From Anaerolineae bacterium (GTDB lineage: Bacteria; Chloroflexota; Anaerolineae; B4-G1), in assembly GCA_035531135.1 (NCBI GenBank), contig DATKTN010000171.1, positions 1 through 60,929 of the forward strand: a DNA stretch of 60,929 nucleotides. Direction: 5' to 3'. Of the stretch, positions 39,717 to 50,836 are shown in pieces. Each line of letters begins with the position of its first letter. The first letter of the stretch is position 1. Both the position numbers and the translations under genes were made by a program. The notes under the pieces were generated by a model. The model made no database searches. It saw only the letters and a list, made by a program, of their open reading frames with translations, and was not told where the DNA came from.

Positions 39717-40512
39717 CGGCAAGCACCCGTGCCAGCGTGCCCCATCCCCACGACACTCCCCAGTCGAGGATCAGTGCCAGCCACAGGTTCTCAGTCAACA
39801 GGAATGACACGCTGCTGACGACCGCCAGCGCCGCGCGCACCAACTGGCCTGGAGCTCGCCGTGGGTCAGCCAGCCCCCTGCGCCAGGCCGGACTGAGCGC
39901 TGCCTCCAGTGCCGCCAGTGCCAGGCCAATCCAGACGCCCCAATACGTGCCTGCTGCGAGGATAGGCGCATTGCGGTAAAAAGCCCAGTGGAACTCGTGG
40001 TAGGCTGCCTCACGCAGAAACACCCAGCCGGAACCGTCGGCGTCGGACACGCCATCTGCTTCACCAGTGGCGACTTCGGCCTGGCCGGCGACCACGGCCC
40101 GGCGGTACGCCCACCAACCCAGCGCCAGCAGTCCCCACGCGCCGACGCCGACCGTCACCGCCCACCCTGCGTCGAGCGCCCAGTCGAGCCAGTTGGCAGC
40201 AATTCCTACGCTGGCCTCTTCACCGCCCGGCACAGGCAGCTCAAATTGCTGCAGACCCAATAGCCGCCCCACGACCGCGTCGTGGCCCCACAGGAGCGCG
40301 GCGAAGGGTATACCCACGTAGTAGAGCAGGCGGAGAAGTTGAAGCAGCCCTGGAGCAAGACGCCAGGCGGCCAGGCGGGTGACGAACCCGTCGATTGCAC
40401 CAGCGCGAGGTTGACGGAAGAACCAGGCCAGGTTTGCCCACAGCGCAGCCAGGAGCAGCGAGCCACTCAGCCACAGCCAGCCTTCGCTCCACGCCAAGGT
40501 CAGCTCCGGCAC
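39673..40512 (-). CDS. Polytopic membrane protein, CPBP/Abi-like
   Basis: Multiple TMs; REAAYHEFHWAFYR resembles the CPBP EExxxR motif. Confidence 0.55.
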   Translation of the reverse strand: MPELTLAWSEGWLWLSGSLLLAALWANLAWFFRQPRAGAIDGFVTRLAAWRLAPGLLQLLRLLYYVGIPFAALLWGHDAVVGRLLGLQQFELPVPGGEEASVGIAANWLDWALDAGWAVTVGVGAWGLLALGWWAYRRAVVAGQAEVATGEADGVSDADGSGWVFLREAAYHEFHWAFYRNAPILAAGTYWGVWIGLALAALEAALSPAWRRGLADPRRAPGQLVRAALAVVSSVSFLLTENLWLALILDWGVSWGWGTLARVLAVKSTTTPVQSTPPT

Positions 40513-40516
40513 GTGT

Positions 40517-42280
40517 CTATCTCCTTCGCAGTGGCACGGTCAGTGTGATCCGTGTTCCCTCGCCGAGCGCTGAGGCGATTGCCAGTTCCCCACTGATCAA
40601 CTCGGCTCGTTCGTGCATGTTGATCATGCCCAGGCTGCCGCGCTGGTCGTAGCGCACCTGCACCGCGTCCACGTCGAACCCGCACCCGTCATCCTCGATC
40701 TCGGCGACGAACTGGCTATCACGAATGTAGAGCCGCACCCAGATGTTTTCGGGCCCGGCGTGTTTACGGGCGTTGCCGATCGCTTCTTCGACGATGTAGA
40801 AGGTTACCCCCTGGGCATTCTGGTCGAGTAGTTGATCCGCGTCTGGCGTTGCTTCCAGGTGAATCGGAGTATCGTCCGTCTCGGACAGCTTGCTGATGTA
40901 CTGCTCCAACGCCGCCTGCAGCCCTTGCGTCTCGAGGATGAGCGGCCGAAGCGTAAAGAGCATGTGCCGGATCTCCTTCGTCGTCCGCCGTGCCAATTCC
41001 TCGATCCGTGTCAGTTCCTCAGACGTCTGTGCCAAATCCTGGTCCCTGTCCAGCAACATCCTCAAATAGTTCAGCCGCATCGCGATAGCCGCAATGCTCT
41101 GCGTGGGGCCGTCGTGCAAGTTGCGGGCCAGTTTCTTGCGCGCGTCCTCCTCTACATCGACGATGCGCTCTTTCTCTTCCATCAGGCTCTGGTAAAGCTG
41201 GGCGTTCTGAAGCGCGACGATGGCCTGGTTGCAGATGGCGATGAGCAACTCCTGGTGATCTTGCGTGTAGGTGTTGGGTTGGGGACTGCCGAAAACGACC
41301 ACACCGAAATTTTCAAAGCCGGCCCGCAGTGGCACGATGATCGCCTGGCGACAACTGTGCATCATGATGAGCTGACTCAGCTCCGGGTCTGCTGCCGGAG
41401 TGTCGGTGATCACGGGCTCCGCTGTTGCCAACGCCTGGGCCAGGATGCCGCTCTTGCCCTGGAAAACGGCGTTCTGATCGCGTGGCGGCAGATGCCGCGA
41501 GGCCACGATGCGCAGGTCATTGTGGCCAAAGAGCATCACCATGCTCACGTGGGCTGAACTGGGCTGGCCCAACTCGCGCATCCCCGCCTCGCCTACTTCG
41601 AGTACCGCTTCCAGCACCTTGCTATAGTTCAGCGTGGCACTGAGCATGCTTGCCAACTCAAAGATCACCCGCGAGTGTTCTTGAGCGGCGCGTAACTTGC
41701 GCAGTTCGGCCTCCTCCTCGATCCGGCGTGTGCGCGCGATGATGCGTTTCATCTGAGCGCCTACGAGGCCGCTGATCAAGGCTGCCAGCAGGAGGATGAT
41801 AGAACTGGCTGCAAATGGGAGCAGATCCGGCCACGACGTGATGGGTGGAGCGATGGCGTAGCCGACAAAGCCGCAGCCTGCTACAATGGCTACGGCAACC
41901 AGCAGGCTGATCACCCAGGGAAAGCGTAGCACTGCCGTGAGGATGGGAAACAGCGCAAAGAACAGCAATGGGCTTGTCAGCCCGCCCGACACGATGACAA
42001 AGCCCATGGTCAGGATCGTGTCGATCAGCAACGTCATCACCGGGATGGCACGCGGGAGGATGCCAGAGAGAAGGAGCAACATGATGAAGAGGTTGTAAAG
42101 CGCCGCAACCGTCAGGAGGATAATCTGGGGCAGGGCGGAGGCAGCGTCAAAGAACCCGCCGGGGCTGGCAAGGGAGGCCAGGAAAGTAACAAGGGCGACG
42201 CTTACCAGGAGCAACCAGCGCAGGTTGCTGATCAGCCAGTCTACGTGAAAATGCTCCTTGGCGCTCTCCGATATGGGCAT
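40517..42280 (-). CDS. Membrane GAF sensor histidine kinase (HisKA_3)
   Basis: TMs, GAF, LARNLHDGPTQ, EAIGNARKH, EDDGCGF. Confidence 0.93.
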   Translation of the reverse strand: MPISESAKEHFHVDWLISNLRWLLLVSVALVTFLASLASPGGFFDAASALPQIILLTVAALYNLFIMLLLLSGILPRAIPVMTLLIDTILTMGFVIVSGGLTSPLLFFALFPILTAVLRFPWVISLLVAVAIVAGCGFVGYAIAPPITSWPDLLPFAASSIILLLAALISGLVGAQMKRIIARTRRIEEEAELRKLRAAQEHSRVIFELASMLSATLNYSKVLEAVLEVGEAGMRELGQPSSAHVSMVMLFGHNDLRIVASRHLPPRDQNAVFQGKSGILAQALATAEPVITDTPAADPELSQLIMMHSCRQAIIVPLRAGFENFGVVVFGSPQPNTYTQDHQELLIAICNQAIVALQNAQLYQSLMEEKERIVDVEEDARKKLARNLHDGPTQSIAAIAMRLNYLRMLLDRDQDLAQTSEELTRIEELARRTTKEIRHMLFTLRPLILETQGLQAALEQYISKLSETDDTPIHLEATPDADQLLDQNAQGVTFYIVEEAIGNARKHAGPENIWVRLYIRDSQFVAEIEDDGCGFDVDAVQVRYDQRGSLGMINMHERAELISGELAIASALGEGTRITLTVPLRRR

Positions 42281-42295
42281 AGCTGTTCACACACT

Positions 42296-42341
42296 AAACA
42301 GACCGCGGACACCAAGTGGGTGGGCCCACGGCCGCGGCCTG
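42296..42341 (-). terminator. Hairpin/terminator after tRNA-Val
   Basis: caggccgcgg/ccgcggtctg stem followed by TTT on the minus strand. Confidence 0.55.
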
Positions 42342-42353
42342 AAGTAAGTACAA

Positions 42354-42427
42354 TGGGCGCGAAGGGACTCGAACCCCTGACCTCTACAATGTGAGTGTAG
42401 CGCTCTGACCAACTGAGCTACGCGCCC
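42354..42427 (-). tRNA. tRNA-Val(CAC)
   Basis: GGGCGCG/CGCGCCC acceptor, ctaca-ctCACat-tgtag anticodon arm, GTTCGAGTC. Confidence 0.96.
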
Positions 42428-42457
42428 AACAGCGACATTGCTGACGATCGTTAGCCT

Positions 42458-42486
42458 AGTATACGCTTGGATGGGTTTCTTGTCAA
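42458..42486 (-). promoter_or_regulatory. Promoter of tRNA-Val
   Basis: TTGACA-17 nt-TATACT. Confidence 0.8.
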
Positions 42487-42634
42487 GTGAATAACACCTG
42501 TACATGGCACCGCCCGCTCGTCGTCTATCCACTCTCCAGCGTTCAACATTACCTCACCCATATAGTATATTGCAGATTTGCGCAGATGTCAAAACCGCGC
42601 GGCTGCGCGGCGGCGCGGCTGCGCGGCCCAGGTC

Positions 42635-42663
42635 TTGACAGTCATCCCCCTTCGTGGTATGAT
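42635..42663 (+). promoter_or_regulatory. Promoter of the SAM riboswitch-mat transcript
   Basis: TTGACA-17 nt-TATGAT with extended TG. Confidence 0.8.
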
Positions 42664-42690
42664 AGCACTCAAATTGAATATCCCGGCGAA

Positions 42691-42804
<114 letters not shown>

Positions 42805-42823
42805 GTGGTCACATCCATTGTGT

Positions 42824-42852
42824 CCCTTCTGTCCTCCAGAGGGGTTTTTTTT
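42824..42852 (+). terminator. Riboswitch expression-platform terminator
   Basis: cccttctg/cagagggg stem plus T8. Confidence 0.88.
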
Positions 42853-42895
42853 GTCAGCGCTAGCCCAGGCCGGGAAAAAGTACAGGGAGGCATAG

Positions 42896-44083
42896 ATGAC
42901 GAAGCGTAATATCGTAGTGGTTGAAGCAACCGGCCAGTCTATCGAGGACATTCCGGTTGAAATCGTGGAGCGCAAGGGGATCGGTCACCCCGATAGCCTG
43001 TGCGACGGCATCGCCGAGCGGATCTCGGTGGAGTACACCCGCTGGTGCCAGGAGAATCTGGGCGTCCTCTTGCACCACAACTTTGACAAGGTGCAGTTGG
43101 TGGCCGGCGAGGTCGATGTGAGCTACGGCGGCGGGTGTATGCTCAAGCCCATCCGCATCCAGATTGCCGGGCGTGGTACCCCCGCTTTCCAGGGCCGGAA
43201 AGTGCCGATGGAATACATCGCCATCGAGGCCGCCAAGCAGCACGTGCGCGAAACCATGCGCTACCTGGATCCCGGCAGGCATATGGTGATTGACAGCTAT
43301 GCCGGCCGGGGGGCCGAGGAGCTGCAGTACGTGGTAGATCACGTGACGGCCAACGACACCAGTTTTGGCGTCAGCTTCTGGCCCCGTTCTGGGCTGGAGC
43401 ACACCGTCTACGAGACCGCCCAGTACATCAACCACGAGTTGATCGACGAGTTCCCGGTGGGCGAGGACGTCAAGGTGATGGGCCTGCGCCGCAATGGTGA
43501 GCTGACGCTGACGGTCGCACTGCCCTTTATCGCCACGCGCGTCGGGGATGCGACCGAGTACCAGGAGGTCAAGCGGGCGGTTGAGGCAGCGATCCATGAA
43601 TATAGCTCCCAACTGGACGACCGGAAAGTGACAGTGATGGTCGATACGGCCGACGACGTTGCCCACGATGCGGTCTACCTGACCTTGACCGGCACCTCGG
43701 CCGAGATGGGCGACGACGGGGCGGTTGGCCGGGGCAACCGGGTCAACGGCGTCATCGCGCCTTTCCGCTCGACCAGCCTGGAGGCGGCCTGCGGCAAGAA
43801 CCCGATCTCCCACGTGGGCAAGGTGTACAACGTGCTGGCGTTGCTGGCAGCGCAGGACATCATCAAGCGAGTGCCGACGGTGCGAACGACCACGGTTCAC
43901 GTCCTTTCTCAGATTGGCGCGCCGCTGGATCAGCCGCTGGTCGCCACCGCAACGGTGCGCCCGGCCAACGGGCCCCTCACCCCCAGCATTCGGGCCGACG
44001 TCCAGAGCGTGCTCGACGAGCACCTGGCGGACGTCGGTTCCCTTCGCACCCGCATCCTCGACCAGGAGTTGACGCTGTTCTAG
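42896..44083 (+). CDS. mat: Methionine adenosyltransferase, archaeal type (COG1812-like)
   Basis: VERKGIGHPDSLCD, HHNFDK, ANDTSFG, GDDGAVGRGNRVNG, EAACGKNPISHVGKVYN. Confidence 0.92.
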   Translation: MTKRNIVVVEATGQSIEDIPVEIVERKGIGHPDSLCDGIAERISVEYTRWCQENLGVLLHHNFDKVQLVAGEVDVSYGGGCMLKPIRIQIAGRGTPAFQGRKVPMEYIAIEAAKQHVRETMRYLDPGRHMVIDSYAGRGAEELQYVVDHVTANDTSFGVSFWPRSGLEHTVYETAQYINHELIDEFPVGEDVKVMGLRRNGELTLTVALPFIATRVGDATEYQEVKRAVEAAIHEYSSQLDDRKVTVMVDTADDVAHDAVYLTLTGTSAEMGDDGAVGRGNRVNGVIAPFRSTSLEAACGKNPISHVGKVYNVLALLAAQDIIKRVPTVRTTTVHVLSQIGAPLDQPLVATATVRPANGPLTPSIRADVQSVLDEHLADVGSLRTRILDQELTLF

Positions 44084-44195
44084 TTTCCCGTGCCGCGGCG
44101 TGGGACGTTCCCGCGGCGGGGATGATGGCGGCGGGCTGGCCGGCCAGGCCGGCCCGCTGTGCCTTGTCACATGTGGCGCGCGCGCAAGAATCACT

Positions 44196-44224
44196 TTGAC
44201 ATATTGCCCTTTTCATTGTATACT
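44196..44224 (+). promoter_or_regulatory. Sigma70-type promoter
   Basis: TTGACA-17 nt-TATACT. Confidence 0.8.
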
Positions 44225-44230
44225 GCTTCC

Positions 44231-44393
44231 CAGTTCAGGGATGAGGCCCCAGGATGTGTGCCGTGTCTGTCATGCGCTTTTTCAGCCCTCCTGCCCCTCC
44301 GCAGCCAGACCCCCGGTCTGGATAGGCGCGTTGGGGACGCACACCCGGAACGCAAGTTGGCCAGCCCTCCAGACCACACGGGGGCTGGCTTTT
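44231..44393 (+). ncRNA. Candidate sRNA or attenuator leader (~160 nt)
   Basis: Bounded by the promoter and a 10-bp terminator stem plus T4; internal stems; no credible ORF. Confidence 0.5.
44360..44393 (+). terminator. Intrinsic terminator 13 nt before the mazG-like start
   Basis: gccagccctc/gggggctggc followed by TTTT. Confidence 0.7.
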
Positions 44394-44406
44394 GTGTGAG
44401 GTACCG

Positions 44407-44709
44407 ATGACGATCCAGGAACTCACGGACGAGATGAATCGCTTCGTCGAAGCAATGGGCTGGTATGCGGTCGATTCGCCGTGGCAGCAGACGCCCCGTA
44501 ACATTGCCATATCGCTTTCGCTGGAGGCAGCGAAAGTTCTGGAGCATTTCCAGTGGGGAGAGCAGGCCGATGGGGACGCGCTGGCAGAGGAGTTGGCACA
44601 TGTGGCGTTGTACCTGCTGCAACTGGCCTACCTGGCCGGTATAGATCTGGAGCAAGGGATTCTCGACAAACTGGCGATCAACTACAGCCGGGACTGGTCC
44701 GAGGAATAA
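44407..44709 (+). CDS. MazG-like protein with degenerate metal-binding motif
   Basis: WQQTPRNIAISLSLEAAKVLEHFQW...EELAHVALY; ExxE is ExxK and ExxD is ExxH. Confidence 0.8.
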   Translation: MTIQELTDEMNRFVEAMGWYAVDSPWQQTPRNIAISLSLEAAKVLEHFQWGEQADGDALAEELAHVALYLLQLAYLAGIDLEQGILDKLAINYSRDWSEE

Positions 44710-44715
44710 GAGGGG

Positions 44716-45336
44716 GTGAAGATCCTCGCCGTCAGCGACCGGGTGGTCGACAGCATCTACAGCGCGTGCATCCGCGATCGATTTGGCGATGTGGACATGG
44801 TACTTGCGTGTGGCGATCTGCCCTATTCCTATATGGAGTACATCGTGTCGATGCTGAACGTGCCCTGTTTCTTCGTGCACGGCAACCACGATCGACCCGA
44901 GTACACCGGCGATGGACGCACGCTCACCCGACCGGGCGGCTGGATCAATCTGGATGGGCGGACTGTGGTCGCCAACGGGCTGCTCCTGGGAGGACTGGAG
45001 GGCTCGATCCGGTACAAGCCAAGAGCCCCCTTCCAGTACACAGAGAGGGAGATGGCCTACAAAGCCTGGCGCATGACGCCCGCCCTGATTACGAACCGCG
45101 TGTTCCACGGGCGCTACCTGGATATTCTCATCACGCACTCGCCGCCCTTTGGCATCCACGACGGGAAGGACCTGCCTCATCGCGGTTTCAAGGCCCTGCT
45201 CAGGCTGATGGCCCGTTTCCGGCCTCGCTATCTGCTGCATGGCCACAAGCACGTCTATGGGCCAGCACGTTCGCAGACGCGTTACATGGACACCGAGGTG
45301 GTCAACGTTTACCCGTTCCGTTTGATCGAATGGTGA
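44716..45336 (+). CDS. Calcineurin-like metallophosphoesterase
   Basis: AVSD, CGDL, GNHD, THSPP, LHGHKH. Confidence 0.9.
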   Translation: MKILAVSDRVVDSIYSACIRDRFGDVDMVLACGDLPYSYMEYIVSMLNVPCFFVHGNHDRPEYTGDGRTLTRPGGWINLDGRTVVANGLLLGGLEGSIRYKPRAPFQYTEREMAYKAWRMTPALITNRVFHGRYLDILITHSPPFGIHDGKDLPHRGFKALLRLMARFRPRYLLHGHKHVYGPARSQTRYMDTEVVNVYPFRLIEW

Positions 45337-45339
45337 TCG

Positions 45340-47743
<2,404 letters not shown>

Positions 47744-47765
47744 ATTGGATAATGGGAGAGATAGA

Positions 47766-49691
47766 ATGAAGCATCGTTCCGTCGCGATCGTCACATTGCT
47801 GCTGTCCAGCCTCATCACGGCCTGCTTGTCCCCCGATCCTGGCACTGCGATCGTCACGCCCGATCTGCCTACGCCGCCGCCGTCACCTTCACCGCCACCC
47901 TCGCCCACCCCGCCCCCTACGAGCACGCCGACGCCGACGCCGCCCAAGGAGTTCACGATCTGCCAGGCGGAGGAGCCGAACACGCTTTTCATCTACGGCG
48001 GGCCATCGCGGGTGGCCTACAACGTCCTGGAAGCGATTTACGATGGCCCGATCGACACCCGCACGTACGAGTTCCAACCCGTGATCCTGGAGAAAATCCC
48101 CAGCCTGGCCGATGGAGACGCCGCCCTGCGGACCGTCCTGGTCGAGGAGGGCGCTAAAGTCGTGGACGTCAATGGCCTGGCGGTAGACCTGCTCCCGGGC
48201 GTCACCGTCCTGGACGCCGGGGGCCAGGAGATCACGTCTGAGGGTGGGGTGGTCACGATGACGCAGATGGTGGTGACGTTTACGCTGCGGGCCGACGTCA
48301 CTTGGGCGGACGGCCAGCCCCTGACCGCGGATGACTCCCGCTACTCCTTCGAGTTGGCCGGCGAGTTTGACAATCCCACGCTGCGGTTGCTGTGGGATCG
48401 CACCCAGAGCTACGACGTCGTGGACGAGCGGACCGTCGTCTGGACCGGCGTTCCTGGCTATCGCGATACCTTTTACTTTGCGAACTTTTACCAGCCGTTA
48501 CCCCGGCACGTCTGGGGAACCAGCGACGCCGACCAGTTGACCAGCGCCGAGGTCGCGCACCGCAAGCCGCTGGGCTGGGGGCCGTTCGTCGTCGAGGAAT
48601 GGGTGGAGGGCGAGCGCATCACGCTGGTGCGCAACCCGCGCTACTTCCGGGCCTCTGAGGGCCTGCCCTATCTCGACCGCGTCATCTTCCGCTTTGTCTC
48701 AGATATCCAGCAGGCGCTCGATTGGCTCGTGGCGGGCGAATGTGATCTCGTCACCCAGGACGTGATCGAGGGTGGAGATATCGCGCCACTGCTCGACGCA
48801 ACTGACGCCGGCACGGTGCAGTTGATCTCATCTCCCAGCGTCGAGTGGGAACACCTGGACTTTGGCATCGACCCGGCCCAGTGGGTCAGCCGTCCAGATT
48901 TCTTCGAGGACGTGCGGGTGCGCCAGGCTGTCGCGCTGTGCATCGACCGTGAGCGCATCGTGCGTGATGCGTTCCCCTATGGTGGGGCCGCCGTCGCGCA
49001 CAGCTACGTCGCCTCGGAGCACCCGCTGTACGCGGGCGACCGGCTCTTTAACTGGAACCATGACTTGTCCAGGGGGCAGGCGCTGCTGGAGGAGGTGGGC
49101 TGGACGGACGAGGATGGAGATGGCATCCGGGAGGCGTACGGCGCAGCAGGTATCGCCAGCGGCACACCCTTCTCCGTCACGCTGGTCACGACCAGCGATC
49201 ACCCGGCCCGCGAGCAGACGGCGCGCATCCTGTCCGAGAACCTGGGGGCGTGCGGCATCGGGCTGGCGGTTAAGTTCCTCCCGGCCGAGGAATTCTACGC
49301 CGACGGTCCCGACGGCCCGGTGTTGGGGCGTCAGTTCGACCTGGCGCTCTTCTCCTGGCTGAACGGTCTCGACGCGCCGTGTGGGCTCTACCTCTCGGCC
49401 GAGATCCCGGGACCGGAAAACTGGTGGACCACGAGCAACAACTCTGGCTACGCCAGCGTCGACTACGACGCAGCCTGCCTGGCGGCGCTGGACGCGCTGC
49501 CCGGAACGAAAGACCACGCTCGCTTTCACGTCGAAGCGCAGCGCGTCTTGTCCCGCGACCTGCCCGTGGTGCCGCTCTACTTTGTGCCCAAACTCGTCGC
49601 CACACGCCCGGACGTGAGCGGTGTGATCCTGGACCCCAGCGAGTACCTGGAGTTGTGGAACGTCGAGGCGTTTGACATGGGGGGACAGTGA
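47766..49691 (+). CDS. Peptide/nickel ABC solute-binding lipoprotein (family 5), orphan
   Basis: Lipobox LITAC, W.DGQPLTADD, GWGPF, DVRVRQAVA..IDR, LPVVPLY. Confidence 0.92.
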   Translation: MKHRSVAIVTLLLSSLITACLSPDPGTAIVTPDLPTPPPSPSPPPSPTPPPTSTPTPTPPKEFTICQAEEPNTLFIYGGPSRVAYNVLEAIYDGPIDTRTYEFQPVILEKIPSLADGDAALRTVLVEEGAKVVDVNGLAVDLLPGVTVLDAGGQEITSEGGVVTMTQMVVTFTLRADVTWADGQPLTADDSRYSFELAGEFDNPTLRLLWDRTQSYDVVDERTVVWTGVPGYRDTFYFANFYQPLPRHVWGTSDADQLTSAEVAHRKPLGWGPFVVEEWVEGERITLVRNPRYFRASEGLPYLDRVIFRFVSDIQQALDWLVAGECDLVTQDVIEGGDIAPLLDATDAGTVQLISSPSVEWEHLDFGIDPAQWVSRPDFFEDVRVRQAVALCIDRERIVRDAFPYGGAAVAHSYVASEHPLYAGDRLFNWNHDLSRGQALLEEVGWTDEDGDGIREAYGAAGIASGTPFSVTLVTTSDHPAREQTARILSENLGACGIGLAVKFLPAEEFYADGPDGPVLGRQFDLALFSWLNGLDAPCGLYLSAEIPGPENWWTTSNNSGYASVDYDAACLAALDALPGTKDHARFHVEAQRVLSRDLPVVPLYFVPKLVATRPDVSGVILDPSEYLELWNVEAFDMGGQ

Positions 49692-49705
49692 TGGGGTGTG
49701 GGGGG

Positions 49706-49754
49706 CGTGAAGCGTGAAACGTGAAACGTGATGCGTGATACGTGATTCGTTGAT
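49706..49754. repeat. Heptamer tandem repeat (cgtgaaa-like x7), reverse orientation of the catcacg arrays
   Basis: cgtgaag cgtgaaa cgtgaaa cgtgatg cgtgata cgtgatt cgttgat. Confidence 0.8.
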
Positions 49755-50175
49755 GTCCTGCAATCTGCGCCCTGTAATCCGCGTTCTGACCCGCACAGTC
49801 AAATCCGGCCACGCAGAGGGCGAGGCGCTGGTGTCGCCCGACCCGATTGGCTTCCTGGGCGGGGTGGACCCCGACACAGGCGTGGTCGTCGAGCGCGGAC
49901 ATCCGCTCGAAGGCCAATCTGTCGCCGGGCGCGTGCTGGTCTTTCCCACCGGCAAGGGCAGCACCGTCGGTTCCTACACGCTCTACCGGCTGGCGCGGAA
50001 TGGCCTGGCGCCGGCCGCGATCCTCAACGCCGAGGCCGACCCTGTCGTCGCCGTGGGGGCGATCATCGCCGAGATCCCCATGGTCGACCAGGTCGACGTG
50101 GCGCGCATCCACACCGGTGACTGGGTACAGGTACACGGCGGGGAAATCACGATCACTCGAGGAGAAACGCGATGA
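49753..50175 (+). CDS. Aconitase X swivel/small subunit (DUF126; phosphomevalonate dehydratase small subunit-like)
   Basis: G.AEGEALVS..PIGFLGGVDP.TG, GKGSTVGSY, AVGAIIAEIP; start uncertain. Confidence 0.85.
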   Translation: MSCNLRPVIRVLTRTVKSGHAEGEALVSPDPIGFLGGVDPDTGVVVERGHPLEGQSVAGRVLVFPTGKGSTVGSYTLYRLARNGLAPAAILNAEADPVVAVGAIIAEIPMVDQVDVARIHTGDWVQVHGGEITITRGETR

Positions 50176-50708
50176 AAAAACTGGCACAAGTGATCCCAGA
50201 GCTGAACGAGATCCACGATCCCGAGTTGCGGGCCAGGGTGGTGGCGGTCTGGGAGGAGGGGATGGAACTCGGCGGCTGGACGGTCGACGCGCTGGCCGAG
50301 ATCCCGTTCACGCTGCTGGCCGAAGACGTGGACGTCACCTTCATCGAGCACGTGTGCACCGTGTGCCGCATGTGCATCGCGATGGAGCGGGTGATGGCGG
50401 ATGCCTACGGCGACCGGGTGCAGATTGACCACGACACGCTCGTCGCGGGCGCGCTGTTGGCCGACGTGGGGAAGCTGATCGAATACCGCCGCGAATCGGA
50501 CGGAAAGACCGTCTTTGCCGACATGTACCGCTACCTGCGACATCCCTTCACCGGCGTCGCGCTGGCCTACAAGCACGGCGTCCCCGAGCCCGTCCTGCAC
50601 GTCATCGCCACCCACGCCTGGGAGGGCGACAAGTTCAAGCGCCGACCAGAGTCCATCGTCTTCCACCACGCCGACTTTACCGACTTTGACCTGGCAAAGT
50701 TCAAGTAG
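50172..50708 (+). CDS. HD-domain protein with HD replaced by AD
   Basis: IEHV, LLADVGK, RHPFTG, THA, HHAD. Confidence 0.8.
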   Translation: MKKLAQVIPELNEIHDPELRARVVAVWEEGMELGGWTVDALAEIPFTLLAEDVDVTFIEHVCTVCRMCIAMERVMADAYGDRVQIDHDTLVAGALLADVGKLIEYRRESDGKTVFADMYRYLRHPFTGVALAYKHGVPEPVLHVIATHAWEGDKFKRRPESIVFHHADFTDFDLAKFK

Positions 50709-50710
50709 CC

Positions 50711-50804
50711 AACCTTGCGAAGGTTTGACGAGAACTTATCAGAAAGGTCTTGTATAGCAGGGAATACTCCTATGGCTGAGGCTGTACGTAACCTTCGCAA
50801 GGTT
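50711..50804. repeat. Two inverted copies of a 15-bp palindrome (AACCTT-GCG/CGC-AAGGTT)
   Basis: aaccttgcgaaggtt 50711-50725 and its reverse complement aaccttcgcaaggtt 50790-50804. Confidence 0.75.
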
Positions 50805-50836
50805 TCAGTGGGCGCTTCAGCGCCCGAGGGGGGACC

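Noticed and set aside
44231-44393. T-box, fluoride or ppGpp/ykkC riboswitch
   Set aside because: Only short 5' resemblances (GGGATGAGGCCC, GGATGTGTGCC); the remaining conserved cores are missing. 6S was not excluded without a covariance search
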